Shown here piece after piece: positions 17,761 to 25,751 of a stretch of 32,000 bases of DNA. Position numbers and translations under genes: made by a program. This stretch comes from Candidatus Electrothrix yaqonensis (GTDB lineage: Bacteria; Desulfobacterota; Desulfobulbia; Desulfobulbales; Desulfobulbaceae). Each line of letters opens with the position of its first letter. The first letter of the stretch is position 1. The stretch lies in contig CP178758.1 in NCBI GenBank assembly GCA_047651235.1, forward strand, positions 2,550,001 to 2,582,000. Direction: 5' to 3'. The notes under the pieces were generated by a model, which saw nothing but the letters and a program-made list of their open reading frames with translations, ran no database searches and was not told the DNA's origin.

Positions 17761-18046
17761 GATGAATGAATATTCCGTATACAGTTTCGGCACTGATGAG
17801 GCAGATATCAGGGCAGAACGGCAGAAGGCCAGAGCCCTGCGCAAGACCCGCTGGTGGCAGCAGAAAACCGCTGCAGGCATCTGTCATTACTGTCAGCGTA
17901 AGGTTCCTTTTCAGGAACTGACTATGGATCATGTCGTGCCGCTGTCGATAGGCGGACGCTCTACCAAGGGAAATCTGGTGCCCTGCTGCAAAGAATGCAA
18001 TACAGCCAAAAAGGCTGACCTGCCCCCGGAGCTTGACGAACTCTGA
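17753..18046 (+). CDS. Small HNH endonuclease-domain protein
   Basis: CHYCQRKV...MDHVVPLSIGG...NLVPCCKECNTAK is a complete HNH motif with two Cys pairs. The ATG at 17753 (GTG at 17750) overlaps the folC stop at 17758-17760. Confidence 0.75.
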   Translation: MNEMNEYSVYSFGTDEADIRAERQKARALRKTRWWQQKTAAGICHYCQRKVPFQELTMDHVVPLSIGGRSTKGNLVPCCKECNTAKKADLPPELDEL

Positions 18047-18138
18047 GCGGCTGGAGCCGGTGACATTCTGTTCGTCCGGAAAGCATGTTGTCGTAGGAGT
18101 TTACTGAGGAATCCTTCCGAAGTTTCAAAGTTCCCCCT

Positions 18139-18157
18139 GCTCCGCAGGAGCTTTTTT
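18139..18157 (+). terminator. Short rho-independent terminator after folC-HNH
   Basis: GCTCC-GCA-GGAGC (18139-18151) is followed by T6 (18152-18157). Confidence 0.5.
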
Positions 18158-18257
18158 ATGGCCCGGTTAAAGCTGATGAGTTTTCGTGGAGGGCATGTAT
18201 ATCTCGTTGTTGTGCCGTCCGGTTTCAGTTAGAAGCAAAAAAGGTACCAATAAATTC

Positions 18258-19433
18258 ATGTTCGGTGTACTGCGACATGCCGGGTGCGTTATGGCGCCCG
18301 AAGAACAACAGGAATGGACAGGCCATGTCTGCGGCCTGTGCCTTGCCCTGAAAAATCAGTACGGCCACTTCGCCCGCCTGACCACCAATTATGATGCCGC
18401 CCTGCTCTCGGCGCTGTATGATGCCCAGACCACGCAGCTCCAGAACAGTCGTATCAGTTACTGCCCGCTCCGCAGTTCACGCAGACGCAGAGCAAAGATC
18501 ATTACCCCGGATAATCCCGGAGTGCGGTATGCGGCTGCCATGTCTCTGATCATGGCGTCAAGCAGGATCAAAGATCATATCCAGGACAACGAAACAGGGT
18601 TGCGATATATACGAGGCCCTGCATCCGGGGTTGCCGAGCGATGGATGCGGGCGGCACGAAAAGGTGCTGCCGAGCTGGGCTTTGCTGCGGAACGCATTAC
18701 GCAGCTGCTGCAGCATCAAACCGAGGTGGAAGCCCGGACAGGCCGGGAGTTCTCTGTCTATGCCGAACCCACGGAGCAGGCGGTCGGCGCGGCATTTGAA
18801 CATACCGCCGTCCTGACTGAACAGCCCGGCAACAGAGACGGCCTTCGTGCAGCAGGACGTATGTTCGGCCGCATCATGTATCTGCTGGACAGTTATGAGG
18901 ATTACGGGCAAGACCTTGCAGCACACCGGTTCAACGCTTTGGCTGCTTCCTTCCCGGCAGCGGAGTGGCGGCCGCAGGCTGTCCGTCTCTTCCGGCAGGC
19001 CTATGCAGATTTGAAGAAACACGTCAGCCGACTGGATCTCTCCAGCCCGGCCCTGATTCACGCCCTGCTTCTCCGTAAACTTAAGCAGAAGGGCTGCAGG
19101 AATCTGCATATCTGCACGAAATCCCCTGCAGGCTGCCGCCCGGATGCGGGACAGGCGGGCACTGCTGAAGAATCATACAGTATTTTCAACAGTATATCCA
19201 GCAGGCTCTGCTGGCAGGATGACTACTACGTTCATGAAAACGACAGAAGGAGACACCGTTCTTCAGGCCCCTGGTGCTGTGATTGCGGCTGCGACTGCTG
19301 CAGTTGTTTCCGAGATAGCGAATGTTGTGACTGCAACGGTTCCGACAGCACTTGTTTTCCGGATTGCAGCTCCTGTGACTGCAGCTGCTGTGACGGATGC
19401 GATTGCGGCGGCTGTGACTGCGGCTGCAGCTGA
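18258..19433 (+). CDS. DUF5685-like protein with hyper-cysteine C-terminal tail
   Basis: ORF 18186..19433 trimmed to the ATG at 18258 (MFGVLRHAGC...). FGVLR...C-x17-CGLCLALKNQYG.FARLTTNYDAALLSAL matches my recollection of the DUF5685 N-terminal signature. The same frame runs without interruption into a 52-aa tail containing 21 Cys. Confidence 0.7.
   Translation: MFGVLRHAGCVMAPEEQQEWTGHVCGLCLALKNQYGHFARLTTNYDAALLSALYDAQTTQLQNSRISYCPLRSSRRRRAKIITPDNPGVRYAAAMSLIMASSRIKDHIQDNETGLRYIRGPASGVAERWMRAARKGAAELGFAAERITQLLQHQTEVEARTGREFSVYAEPTEQAVGAAFEHTAVLTEQPGNRDGLRAAGRMFGRIMYLLDSYEDYGQDLAAHRFNALAASFPAAEWRPQAVRLFRQAYADLKKHVSRLDLSSPALIHALLLRKLKQKGCRNLHICTKSPAGCRPDAGQAGTAEESYSIFNSISSRLCWQDDYYVHENDRRRHRSSGPWCCDCGCDCCSCFRDSECCDCNGSDSTCFPDCSSCDCSCCDGCDCGGCDCGCS
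19275..19430 (+). other. Cys/Asp-rich low-complexity coding segment (tail of the 18258..19433 CDS)
   Basis: CCDCGCDCCSCFRDSECCDCNGSDSTCFPDCSSCDCSCCDGCDCGGCDCGCS has 21 Cys and 10 Asp in 52 residues by direct count. The DNA is built from TGY/GAY/GGC triplets, so all frames are low-complexity. Confidence 0.8.
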
Positions 19434-19472
19434 ACAAAGCGTTACTATACGCTATACGTACAGGATAAATCT

Positions 19473-20045
19473 ATGAGCCCTGTTTCCCATGTCCTTATCG
19501 GATGGCTGGCGGCAAATGCTGCCCGGGCCGAACGCCGCGAACGGCTGCTGATTACGGTTGCCGGAATTATTCCTGATGCGGACGGTCTTGTCCTTGTTGC
19601 TGATCTTGCTGCAGGCCACAGCACCCGGCAGCTGGAATTCTGGAGCCGGTATCATCATGTGCTGGGCCATAATATCGGCTTTGCCCTTCTGATCACTGCC
19701 GGAGCCGCTCTTCTGACCCGCAAACGTAAAGCCGTCACAGCCCTGTTTGTCTGGCTCAGTTTTCACCTGCACCTGCTCGGCGATCTGGTCGGGTCACGGG
19801 GACCGGACGGCAACCAATGGCCGATCCCTTATCTGCTGCCCTTTTCCGATGCATGGCAGTGGACCTGGGAAGGACAGTGGCTCCTGAATTCCTGGCAGAA
19901 TCTGCTGATTACTGTTCTGGCGATCGGAATAACTTTCTATCTGGCCTGGAAAAAAGGATATTCTCCTCTGGAAATGATTTCGGACAGGGCAGATAAAGGG
20001 TTTGTCGCAACCCTGCGCAACCGGTTCGGTAATCCGAAAAACTAA
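19473..20045 (+). CDS. YdjM/DUF457-type membrane-bound metal-dependent hydrolase
   Basis: 190 aa. The N-terminal SHVLIGWL, the IIPDADGL motif, the His-rich RYHHVLGHN and HLHLLGD, and several hydrophobic helices fit the family. Confidence 0.6.
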   Translation: MSPVSHVLIGWLAANAARAERRERLLITVAGIIPDADGLVLVADLAAGHSTRQLEFWSRYHHVLGHNIGFALLITAGAALLTRKRKAVTALFVWLSFHLHLLGDLVGSRGPDGNQWPIPYLLPFSDAWQWTWEGQWLLNSWQNLLITVLAIGITFYLAWKKGYSPLEMISDRADKGFVATLRNRFGNPKN

Positions 20046-20055
20046 AAGAACAGCT

Positions 20056-21156
20056 ATGCTTGTACACGGAATTCCCTACCGCTCCATCTGGCCTGAACCT
20101 GACGGCCGCACGGTCGGCATTATTGACCAGACCCGACTGCCCCACCGTTTTGAGACCGTCACTCTCCGGACCCTTGATGATGCGATCTGGGCCATCAGCA
20201 ATATGCTGGTGCGCGGCGCTCCGCTGATCGGAGCCACGGCAGCCTACGGGATCTGTCTCGCTCTGAACAAAAAAAGTTCCGATGCTGCCTTGGAAGCCAG
20301 CTGCACCGGACTGATTCAGGCTAGGCCCACAGCCGTGAATCTGCGCTGGGCTGTGGAGCGGATGCGTGCGCTACTGGCTCCTCTGCCCCCTGAAAAACGA
20401 CTGACAGCAGCGTATACAGAGGCAGCAGCAATCTGTGACGAGGACGTGCGAGTCAATGAGGCCATCGGCGAACACGGCCTCCAGCTCCTGCAGAAAAAAT
20501 ATGCGGAAAAAAACAACACTGTCAATATCCTGACCCACTGCAATGCAGGCTGGCTGGCAACCGTGGACTGGGGCACTGCCTTGGCACCGGTCTTCAAGGC
20601 CCATGCAGCCGGAATCCCGGTCCATGTCTGGGTGGATGAAACCCGGCCCCGCAATCAGGGCGCACATCTCACGGCCTGGGAACTTGCCGCTGCAGGCATT
20701 GACCATCACCTAATCGCGGACAACAGCGGCGGCCATCTCATGCAGCAGGGCAAAGTTGACCTCTGCATTGTGGGCACGGACCGGACAACGGCTGGCGGTT
20801 ATGTATGCAACAAGATCGGTACCTATCTGAAAGCGCTGGCTGCTGCAGACAACAACATTCCCTTTTATGTGGCCCTGCCCGGCTCCACCATTGACTGGAC
20901 CCTGGAACACGGGGCAGAGATTCCCATTGAAGAACGGGCTGAAGAGGAGGTCCTGCTGGTTTCCGGTCTGGCTCAGGACGGGACAGTACAGCAGGTGCGT
21001 ATTGCCCCGCAGCAGACCAGCGCGACCAATCCGGCCTTTGATGTGACCCCGGCCCGGCTGGTCACCGGCCTGATCACGGAACGGGGGATCTGTTCCGCCG
21101 ACCGGCAGGGGCTGCTGTCTCTTTTTCCCGAAGGCGCGGCACAACGTGCGGGATAA
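20056..21156 (+). CDS. mtnA: S-methyl-5-thioribose-1-phosphate isomerase (eIF-2B alpha/beta/delta family)
   Basis: ORF 20002..21156 trimmed to the ATG at 20056, 10 nt after the upstream stop. IIDQTRLPH, VRGAPLIGA, ARPTAVNL, HCNAG, ETRP.NQGA.LTAWEL, VGTDR and CNKIGTY are present. Confidence 0.85.
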   Translation: MLVHGIPYRSIWPEPDGRTVGIIDQTRLPHRFETVTLRTLDDAIWAISNMLVRGAPLIGATAAYGICLALNKKSSDAALEASCTGLIQARPTAVNLRWAVERMRALLAPLPPEKRLTAAYTEAAAICDEDVRVNEAIGEHGLQLLQKKYAEKNNTVNILTHCNAGWLATVDWGTALAPVFKAHAAGIPVHVWVDETRPRNQGAHLTAWELAAAGIDHHLIADNSGGHLMQQGKVDLCIVGTDRTTAGGYVCNKIGTYLKALAAADNNIPFYVALPGSTIDWTLEHGAEIPIEERAEEEVLLVSGLAQDGTVQQVRIAPQQTSATNPAFDVTPARLVTGLITERGICSADRQGLLSLFPEGAAQRAG

Positions 21157-21348
21157 CCGCCTTTTTATCGCCCGCTCCCTATACACGAATGATCGTTTTA
21201 TGGTATGCTTTCTCTGCTGCCGTCCGGTTCTCTGCGCTCTGCCTGACCGGACAAAAACGCACGGCGACCTGTTGCGGTTACTGCGGTTACCGGAACACCG
21301 CTGTCTGTTGTTTTAATCTCATCTGCTCAAGGAGGAAGCAAGATTATT

Positions 21349-23508
21349 ATGTTCTTCAAGCTGTTCCCTTTTCTGCTCTGGTTTAAAGGGTATAAACCGG
21401 AAGAATTCAAACAGGATCTGGTGGCCGGTATTACAGTTGCCCTGGTCCTGATTCCCCAGTCCATGGCCTATGCCCAGCTGGCCGGGCTTCCGGCCTATTA
21501 CGGCCTGTATGCCGCCTTTCTCCCGCCCATGATCGCTGCCCTGTTCGGTTCCAGCCGTCAGTTGGGCACCGGCCCGGTTGCAGTTGTCTCGCTGATGTCG
21601 GCAGCCTCCCTTGAACCCCTGGCCACGGCCGGTTCCCAGGAATTCATTGCCTACTCCATCGTTCTTGCTATGGTGGTCGGCATTTTCCAATTCCTGCTCG
21701 GCGTGCTGCGGCTCGGCATGGTGGTGAATTTTCTTTCTCATCCGGTGATTAACGGGTTCACCAATGCTGCGGCAATCATTATTGCCTCCTCCCAGTTTTC
21801 CAAATTTTTCGGCGTGTATGTGGACAAGGCCCCGCATCATTATGAAACCATGATCCGGGTGGTTCAGGAAGCCTGTAACTATACCCACTGGCCGACCCTG
21901 CTTTACGGTATCGGGGCGGTAGGTATTATGGTTGTGGTGAAAAGAATCAATCCGAGAATTCCGGCCGTCTTGGTTGCTGTGGCGGTCACCACCCTGCTTT
22001 CTTGGTCCACCGGATTCAACAAAGACACCCAAATCCCGCTATCTGCTGTCCATGCGCCGGGCATAGAACAACAGATAGCGAAATTCAACAAAGCTGTCAG
22101 TGAGGTTGAACATCACGGCAGGGAACGGGCCGACCTCGGCAGGGCATTGGACACGATACATAAAGCAGAAAAGGAAGCCCACGGCGCTCCCCCGCCGACT
22201 GAGCTTGTCCGGATCGAAAAAGACGTGGCCCTGCTGACCAGCAAGATGGATCATGCAAAACATGACGCCCATATGATCCGCACGGAACTCAGGCGGATGA
22301 AATTTGCAGGAGTTCAGGAAGGAGAACAGTACCGCTTTTACCTCAGGGGCAATATTCCCTCCGGGGTTACGACAGACGGCCGGACCTGGCGCCTCAAGGT
22401 CGGCAACTCACCGCTGAATACGGAACAAATGACCATGATGAGCGGCGGTGCTGTGGTCGGCACAGTCCCGGAAGGACTGCCCACCTTCAGTATGCCGGAC
22501 ATCACCGTGAAAAAAGCAACCAAGCTGCTGTCGACCGCCATTATCATTTCTTTGCTCGGCTTCATGGAGGCCATTGCCATTGCCAAAGCCATGGCCGCCA
22601 AGACCGGTCAGAAAATCGATGCCAACCAGGAGCTGATTGGCCAGGGGCTGTCCAACATCATCGGTTCTCTGGGTTCCAGCTACGCTGTCTCTGGTTCTTT
22701 CTCCCGCTCAGCCGTCAACCTCCAGGCCGGAGCCGTGACCGGTATTTCTTCGGTGGTCACCTCCCTGATGGTCCTGCTGACCCTGTTGTTTTTCACCCCC
22801 CTGCTTTACCACCTGCCCCAGGCAACCCTGGCCGCAGTCATTATGATGGCGGTTATCGGTCTGATCAACACCAGCGGCTTTGTTCATGCCTGGAAGGCAC
22901 AGCGCTATGACGGCATCATTTCCGTGGTCACCTTTGTGGCCACCCTAACTTTTGCCCCGCATCTGGACAAGGGCATCATGATCGGCTTTGCCCTGTCCAT
23001 GTGCGTCTTTCTCTACAGATCCATGCGGCCGTTGGTTGCGGAACTTTCCATGAATGAAGAGAATGTCCTGAAAAGCTCCGAGCATTACCGGCTCAAGGGC
23101 TGCCGCCATATTTCCGTGGTCCGCTTTGACGGTGCGCTCTTTTTCGCCAATGCTACCTACCTTGATGAGCAGGTCGGCCGATTCAGAAACGAACATCCTG
23201 ATCTGCGGTGTATTATGCTGGATGCCAAGGGCATCAATGATATGGATGCTTCGGGAGAGGAAGTCCTGGCCATGATTGTTGAACGTCTGCGGGCAGCCGG
23301 TATCGGCTTTGCTATGAGCGGAGTCAAAGGCCAAGTCATGGCAGTTATGGAACGGACCGGCCTGCTCGACAAAATCGGAATAGAAAACATTTATCCCAAT
23401 ACCAAGACAGCAAGCGCCGCCTTGGTCGATAAAATACATACTGACTCTGATCTGCCCAGAGGCGGCTGTCCTGACTGTCCGCTGACCCGTCATATTCCGG
23501 CAGACTGA
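21349..23508 (+). CDS. SulP/SLC26-family anion transporter with C-terminal STAS domain and a large internal insertion
   Basis: AAGGAGG lies upstream. GITVALVLIPQSMAYAQLAGLP, the FGSSRQL motif, VPEGLP and the STAS end (VRFDGALFFANA) are present. At 719 aa it is about 130 aa longer than usual because of residues ~232-366. Confidence 0.9.
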   Translation: MFFKLFPFLLWFKGYKPEEFKQDLVAGITVALVLIPQSMAYAQLAGLPAYYGLYAAFLPPMIAALFGSSRQLGTGPVAVVSLMSAASLEPLATAGSQEFIAYSIVLAMVVGIFQFLLGVLRLGMVVNFLSHPVINGFTNAAAIIIASSQFSKFFGVYVDKAPHHYETMIRVVQEACNYTHWPTLLYGIGAVGIMVVVKRINPRIPAVLVAVAVTTLLSWSTGFNKDTQIPLSAVHAPGIEQQIAKFNKAVSEVEHHGRERADLGRALDTIHKAEKEAHGAPPPTELVRIEKDVALLTSKMDHAKHDAHMIRTELRRMKFAGVQEGEQYRFYLRGNIPSGVTTDGRTWRLKVGNSPLNTEQMTMMSGGAVVGTVPEGLPTFSMPDITVKKATKLLSTAIIISLLGFMEAIAIAKAMAAKTGQKIDANQELIGQGLSNIIGSLGSSYAVSGSFSRSAVNLQAGAVTGISSVVTSLMVLLTLLFFTPLLYHLPQATLAAVIMMAVIGLINTSGFVHAWKAQRYDGIISVVTFVATLTFAPHLDKGIMIGFALSMCVFLYRSMRPLVAELSMNEENVLKSSEHYRLKGCRHISVVRFDGALFFANATYLDEQVGRFRNEHPDLRCIMLDAKGINDMDASGEEVLAMIVERLRAAGIGFAMSGVKGQVMAVMERTGLLDKIGIENIYPNTKTASAALVDKIHTDSDLPRGGCPDCPLTRHIPAD

Positions 23509-23519
23509 TTTCTTCAGCC

Positions 23520-23564
23520 AACCGGGTGACTGACGTGACTGACCACAGACGGCATCGGGTTTTT
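23520..23564 (+). terminator. Imperfect terminator-like hairpin after sulP
   Basis: AACCGGGTGAC (23520-23530) pairs with GGCATCGGGTT (23551-23561) at 9 of 11 positions. T5 follows (23560-23564). The loop carries a tandem 9-mer GTGACTGAC x2 (23526-23543). Confidence 0.4.
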
Positions 23565-23590
23565 ATGCGGCTTTTTAAACGGTTTTTCAT
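23555..23590 (+). repeat. T-tract module, copy 2 (TCGGG-T5-ATGCGGC-T5-AAACGG-T5)
   Basis: See copy 1 at 153-190: same order of blocks and same T-tract phasing. This copy lies 20 nt upstream of the usp start codon. Confidence 0.5.
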
Positions 23591-23609
23591 TCACCAATGA
23601 GGATACACC

Positions 23610-24497
23610 ATGAACAGTACACGAGTGATGAACAAGTCCGAGATCATCGCCCTTGCCACAGACGGTTCCTCCTATACAGACGGAGCTGTCCAGGAGGCTG
23701 TTTTTCTGGCCCAGGCATGCGGGGCAAAGATCATTGTCCTGAATGTCATCGCCATAGATTCGGAGTCAGCAACCGGTGTCCATGCCACGTCTGCGGCCAT
23801 GCACCGGGAGAGCAGGGAATATATGGACAAGATCAGGAAACTGGCCGATGATAACGGCATTGCCTGTGAATTTGCTGTTGAGGAATCCTACCGGCCGGAC
23901 AAGACTATTGTCGAGCTGGCCTATAAGCATCATGCAGATATTCTGATTATGGGCCGGCACGGCAGACAGGGACTGCTCAAACTCCTGGTGGGCAGCATGA
24001 CTTCCAAGGTGATCGGTCACAGATTTCCCAAGGTACTGGTTGTACCCAAGGATTTTACCATTACCGGAGATAAGGTGCTGCTGGCAGTGGACGGCTCAGA
24101 AGCGTGTGAAGCTGCGGCCGACGAAATCATCGGTATGGGGATTCACTGCACCAATCTGAAGGAAGTCTATGCAGTTTCCGTTACCTCTTCCGAAAGCGGA
24201 GTTGAGCAGGCCCAAGCACTGGCCGAGGCCGTCTGCCAGAGAGGCCGGGATCAGGCACCGCGAGTAAGCTTTCATCCGCTGGCCCTGGTCGGCAAACCGG
24301 CAGCTGATCTTCTTGCACAAACAGCCCTGGAAAAAGAGGTGGATATGATTCTGATCGGCGGGCACGGCAAAGGGCTGACCAAACTCCTCATGGGCCATGT
24401 TACCGAGAAGGTCATCGGCAGAGCGCACTGCGCCGTGCTGGTGATTGAAAAGCCGACTGAGCAGGATAAACAGGATCTTCCGGAAGACAACGAATAA
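23610..24497 (+). CDS. Tandem universal stress protein (two UspA domains)
   Basis: GAGGA lies 6 nt upstream. There are two repeats of the Usp pattern: (..VLNVI...DILIMGRHGRQGL..GSMTSKVI..VLVV) and (..DMILIGGHGKGLT..LMGHVTEKVI..VLVI). Confidence 0.85.
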   Translation: MNSTRVMNKSEIIALATDGSSYTDGAVQEAVFLAQACGAKIIVLNVIAIDSESATGVHATSAAMHRESREYMDKIRKLADDNGIACEFAVEESYRPDKTIVELAYKHHADILIMGRHGRQGLLKLLVGSMTSKVIGHRFPKVLVVPKDFTITGDKVLLAVDGSEACEAAADEIIGMGIHCTNLKEVYAVSVTSSESGVEQAQALAEAVCQRGRDQAPRVSFHPLALVGKPAADLLAQTALEKEVDMILIGGHGKGLTKLLMGHVTEKVIGRAHCAVLVIEKPTEQDKQDLPEDNE

Positions 24498-24569
24498 CCT
24501 CGCGGCGTCCGAAACAATGTTGACGCTCCTGCTCTGTTGCAACAGATAATAACGCACTGTAAAAGCTGA

Positions 24570-25628
24570 ATGAAGCTGCTGCCGAAAAATCCCCGTAATA
24601 TTCTTATCCGCTCCACCAACTGGATCGGCGATGCGATCATAACCACCCCGGCAGTGCGCACTATCCGCCGCAACTTCCCGGAAGCGCGGATCAGCCTGCT
24701 GGCCCTACCCTGGGTGGCGGATGTCTTTGCCGCCTGCCCCCATATTGATCGTATTTTTATCTACGACAAACAGGGACGGCATCAGGGCCTGCGGGGAAAA
24801 CTCCGTCTTGCCGCCGAGCTGCACAGGGAGCAGTACGATCTGACCATCCTGCTGCAGAATGCCTTTGAGGCTGCCCTGATCACCTTTCTGGCCCGTATTC
24901 CTATCCGGGCGGGCTACACCACGGACGGCAGAGGTCTGCTGCTGACCCACGGGGTACGCAAATTACCTGACATCGGCACGAAACATCAGGTGCATTATTA
25001 CCAGGAAATGCTGGCCGGACTGGGGCTGAAACGGAGCGAAGATGCCCTGGAACTTTTTCTTGATCCTGCGGCCGTGCTGCAGGCGGAAGCCCTGCTGGAA
25101 GGGTCTCTGCAGGGAGAAACTGTATCGATCATCGGCCTGAATCCCGGTGCAGCCTACGGCCCGGCCAAATGCTGGCCTGCGGCAAAATATGCTGAACTGG
25201 CCAAAAGGCTGGCACGTGCCACCAATGGCCTGATCGTGATTTTCGGCACAGCAGCAGATCAGGAGGCTGCCGCTGAAATTGCTGCCTCTGCCGGAGAAAG
25301 GGTGCTGGATCTGACCGGCAAAACCAGTCTTGCCCAGGCTCTAGCCTGCATTGCCCGCTGTCATGTTTTTGTGACCAACGACTCCGGCCTGATGCATGTG
25401 GCTGCAGCCCTCAATACCTCGCTGGTCGCTGTCTTCGGCTCAACCGATCATATCGCCACCGGCCCCTTTTCCGAGCAGGCAACCATTGTCCGCCGACCTG
25501 TCGAATGCAGCCCGTGTATGAAAACCCATTGCCCCAAAGGACATTTTCAGTGCATGGAAAACATTGCTGTGCACGAAGTGGAGCAGGCGGCTTTAGGGTG
25601 GTTGAATACGGTTAAGCTGCCGCCCTGA
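24570..25628 (+). CDS. waaF: Glycosyltransferase family 9, LPS heptosyltransferase II-like
   Basis: ILIRSTNWIGDAIITTPA, LLQNAF..AL, GAAYGPAKCWP and FVTNDSGLMHVAAAL are present, and the length is 352 aa. Confidence 0.8.
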   Translation: MKLLPKNPRNILIRSTNWIGDAIITTPAVRTIRRNFPEARISLLALPWVADVFAACPHIDRIFIYDKQGRHQGLRGKLRLAAELHREQYDLTILLQNAFEAALITFLARIPIRAGYTTDGRGLLLTHGVRKLPDIGTKHQVHYYQEMLAGLGLKRSEDALELFLDPAAVLQAEALLEGSLQGETVSIIGLNPGAAYGPAKCWPAAKYAELAKRLARATNGLIVIFGTAADQEAAAEIAASAGERVLDLTGKTSLAQALACIARCHVFVTNDSGLMHVAAALNTSLVAVFGSTDHIATGPFSEQATIVRRPVECSPCMKTHCPKGHFQCMENIAVHEVEQAALGWLNTVKLPP

Positions 25629-25674
25629 AAATTCGAACCTGTGGCACCCCCTCTAACTCTCATCCTCAACGAAA

Positions 25675-25712
25675 CAAAAAAGGCCGCCCTCATTTCCACG
25701 AGAACGGCCTTT
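25675..25712 (-). terminator. Rho-independent terminator for carB (read on the minus strand)
   Basis: AAGGCCG (25680-25686) pairs with CGGCCTT (25705-25711), plus an inner CTC/GAG pairing. On the minus strand the stem runs into a T-run (complement of A25676-25681). It lies about 40 nt after the carB stop. Confidence 0.5.
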
Positions 25713-25751
25713 CCGACGTCAGTGTCAGCAAAAGCTATCCGGCAATCTCCA

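Noticed and set aside
21223-21295. Stem GTCCGGT/ACCGGAC and direct repeat TGCGGTTAC x2 in the sulP 5' region, considered as a possible riboswitch or operator
   Set aside because: It does not resemble any riboswitch class I can recall, and the structures are short. It is worth noting only if conserved in relatives.
24520-24550. Perfect 12-bp palindrome CTGTTGCAACAG (24534-24545) between a TTGACG and a GATAAT hexamer upstream of waaF
   Set aside because: The hexamers are 19 nt apart, which is poor promoter spacing. A single 12-bp palindrome without conservation data is not enough to call an operator.
25630-25650. GGTTCGAA (minus strand) resembling a tRNA T-loop
   Set aside because: The flanking bases cannot form a T-stem, and no acceptor or anticodon arms can be drawn. 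It is not a tRNA.
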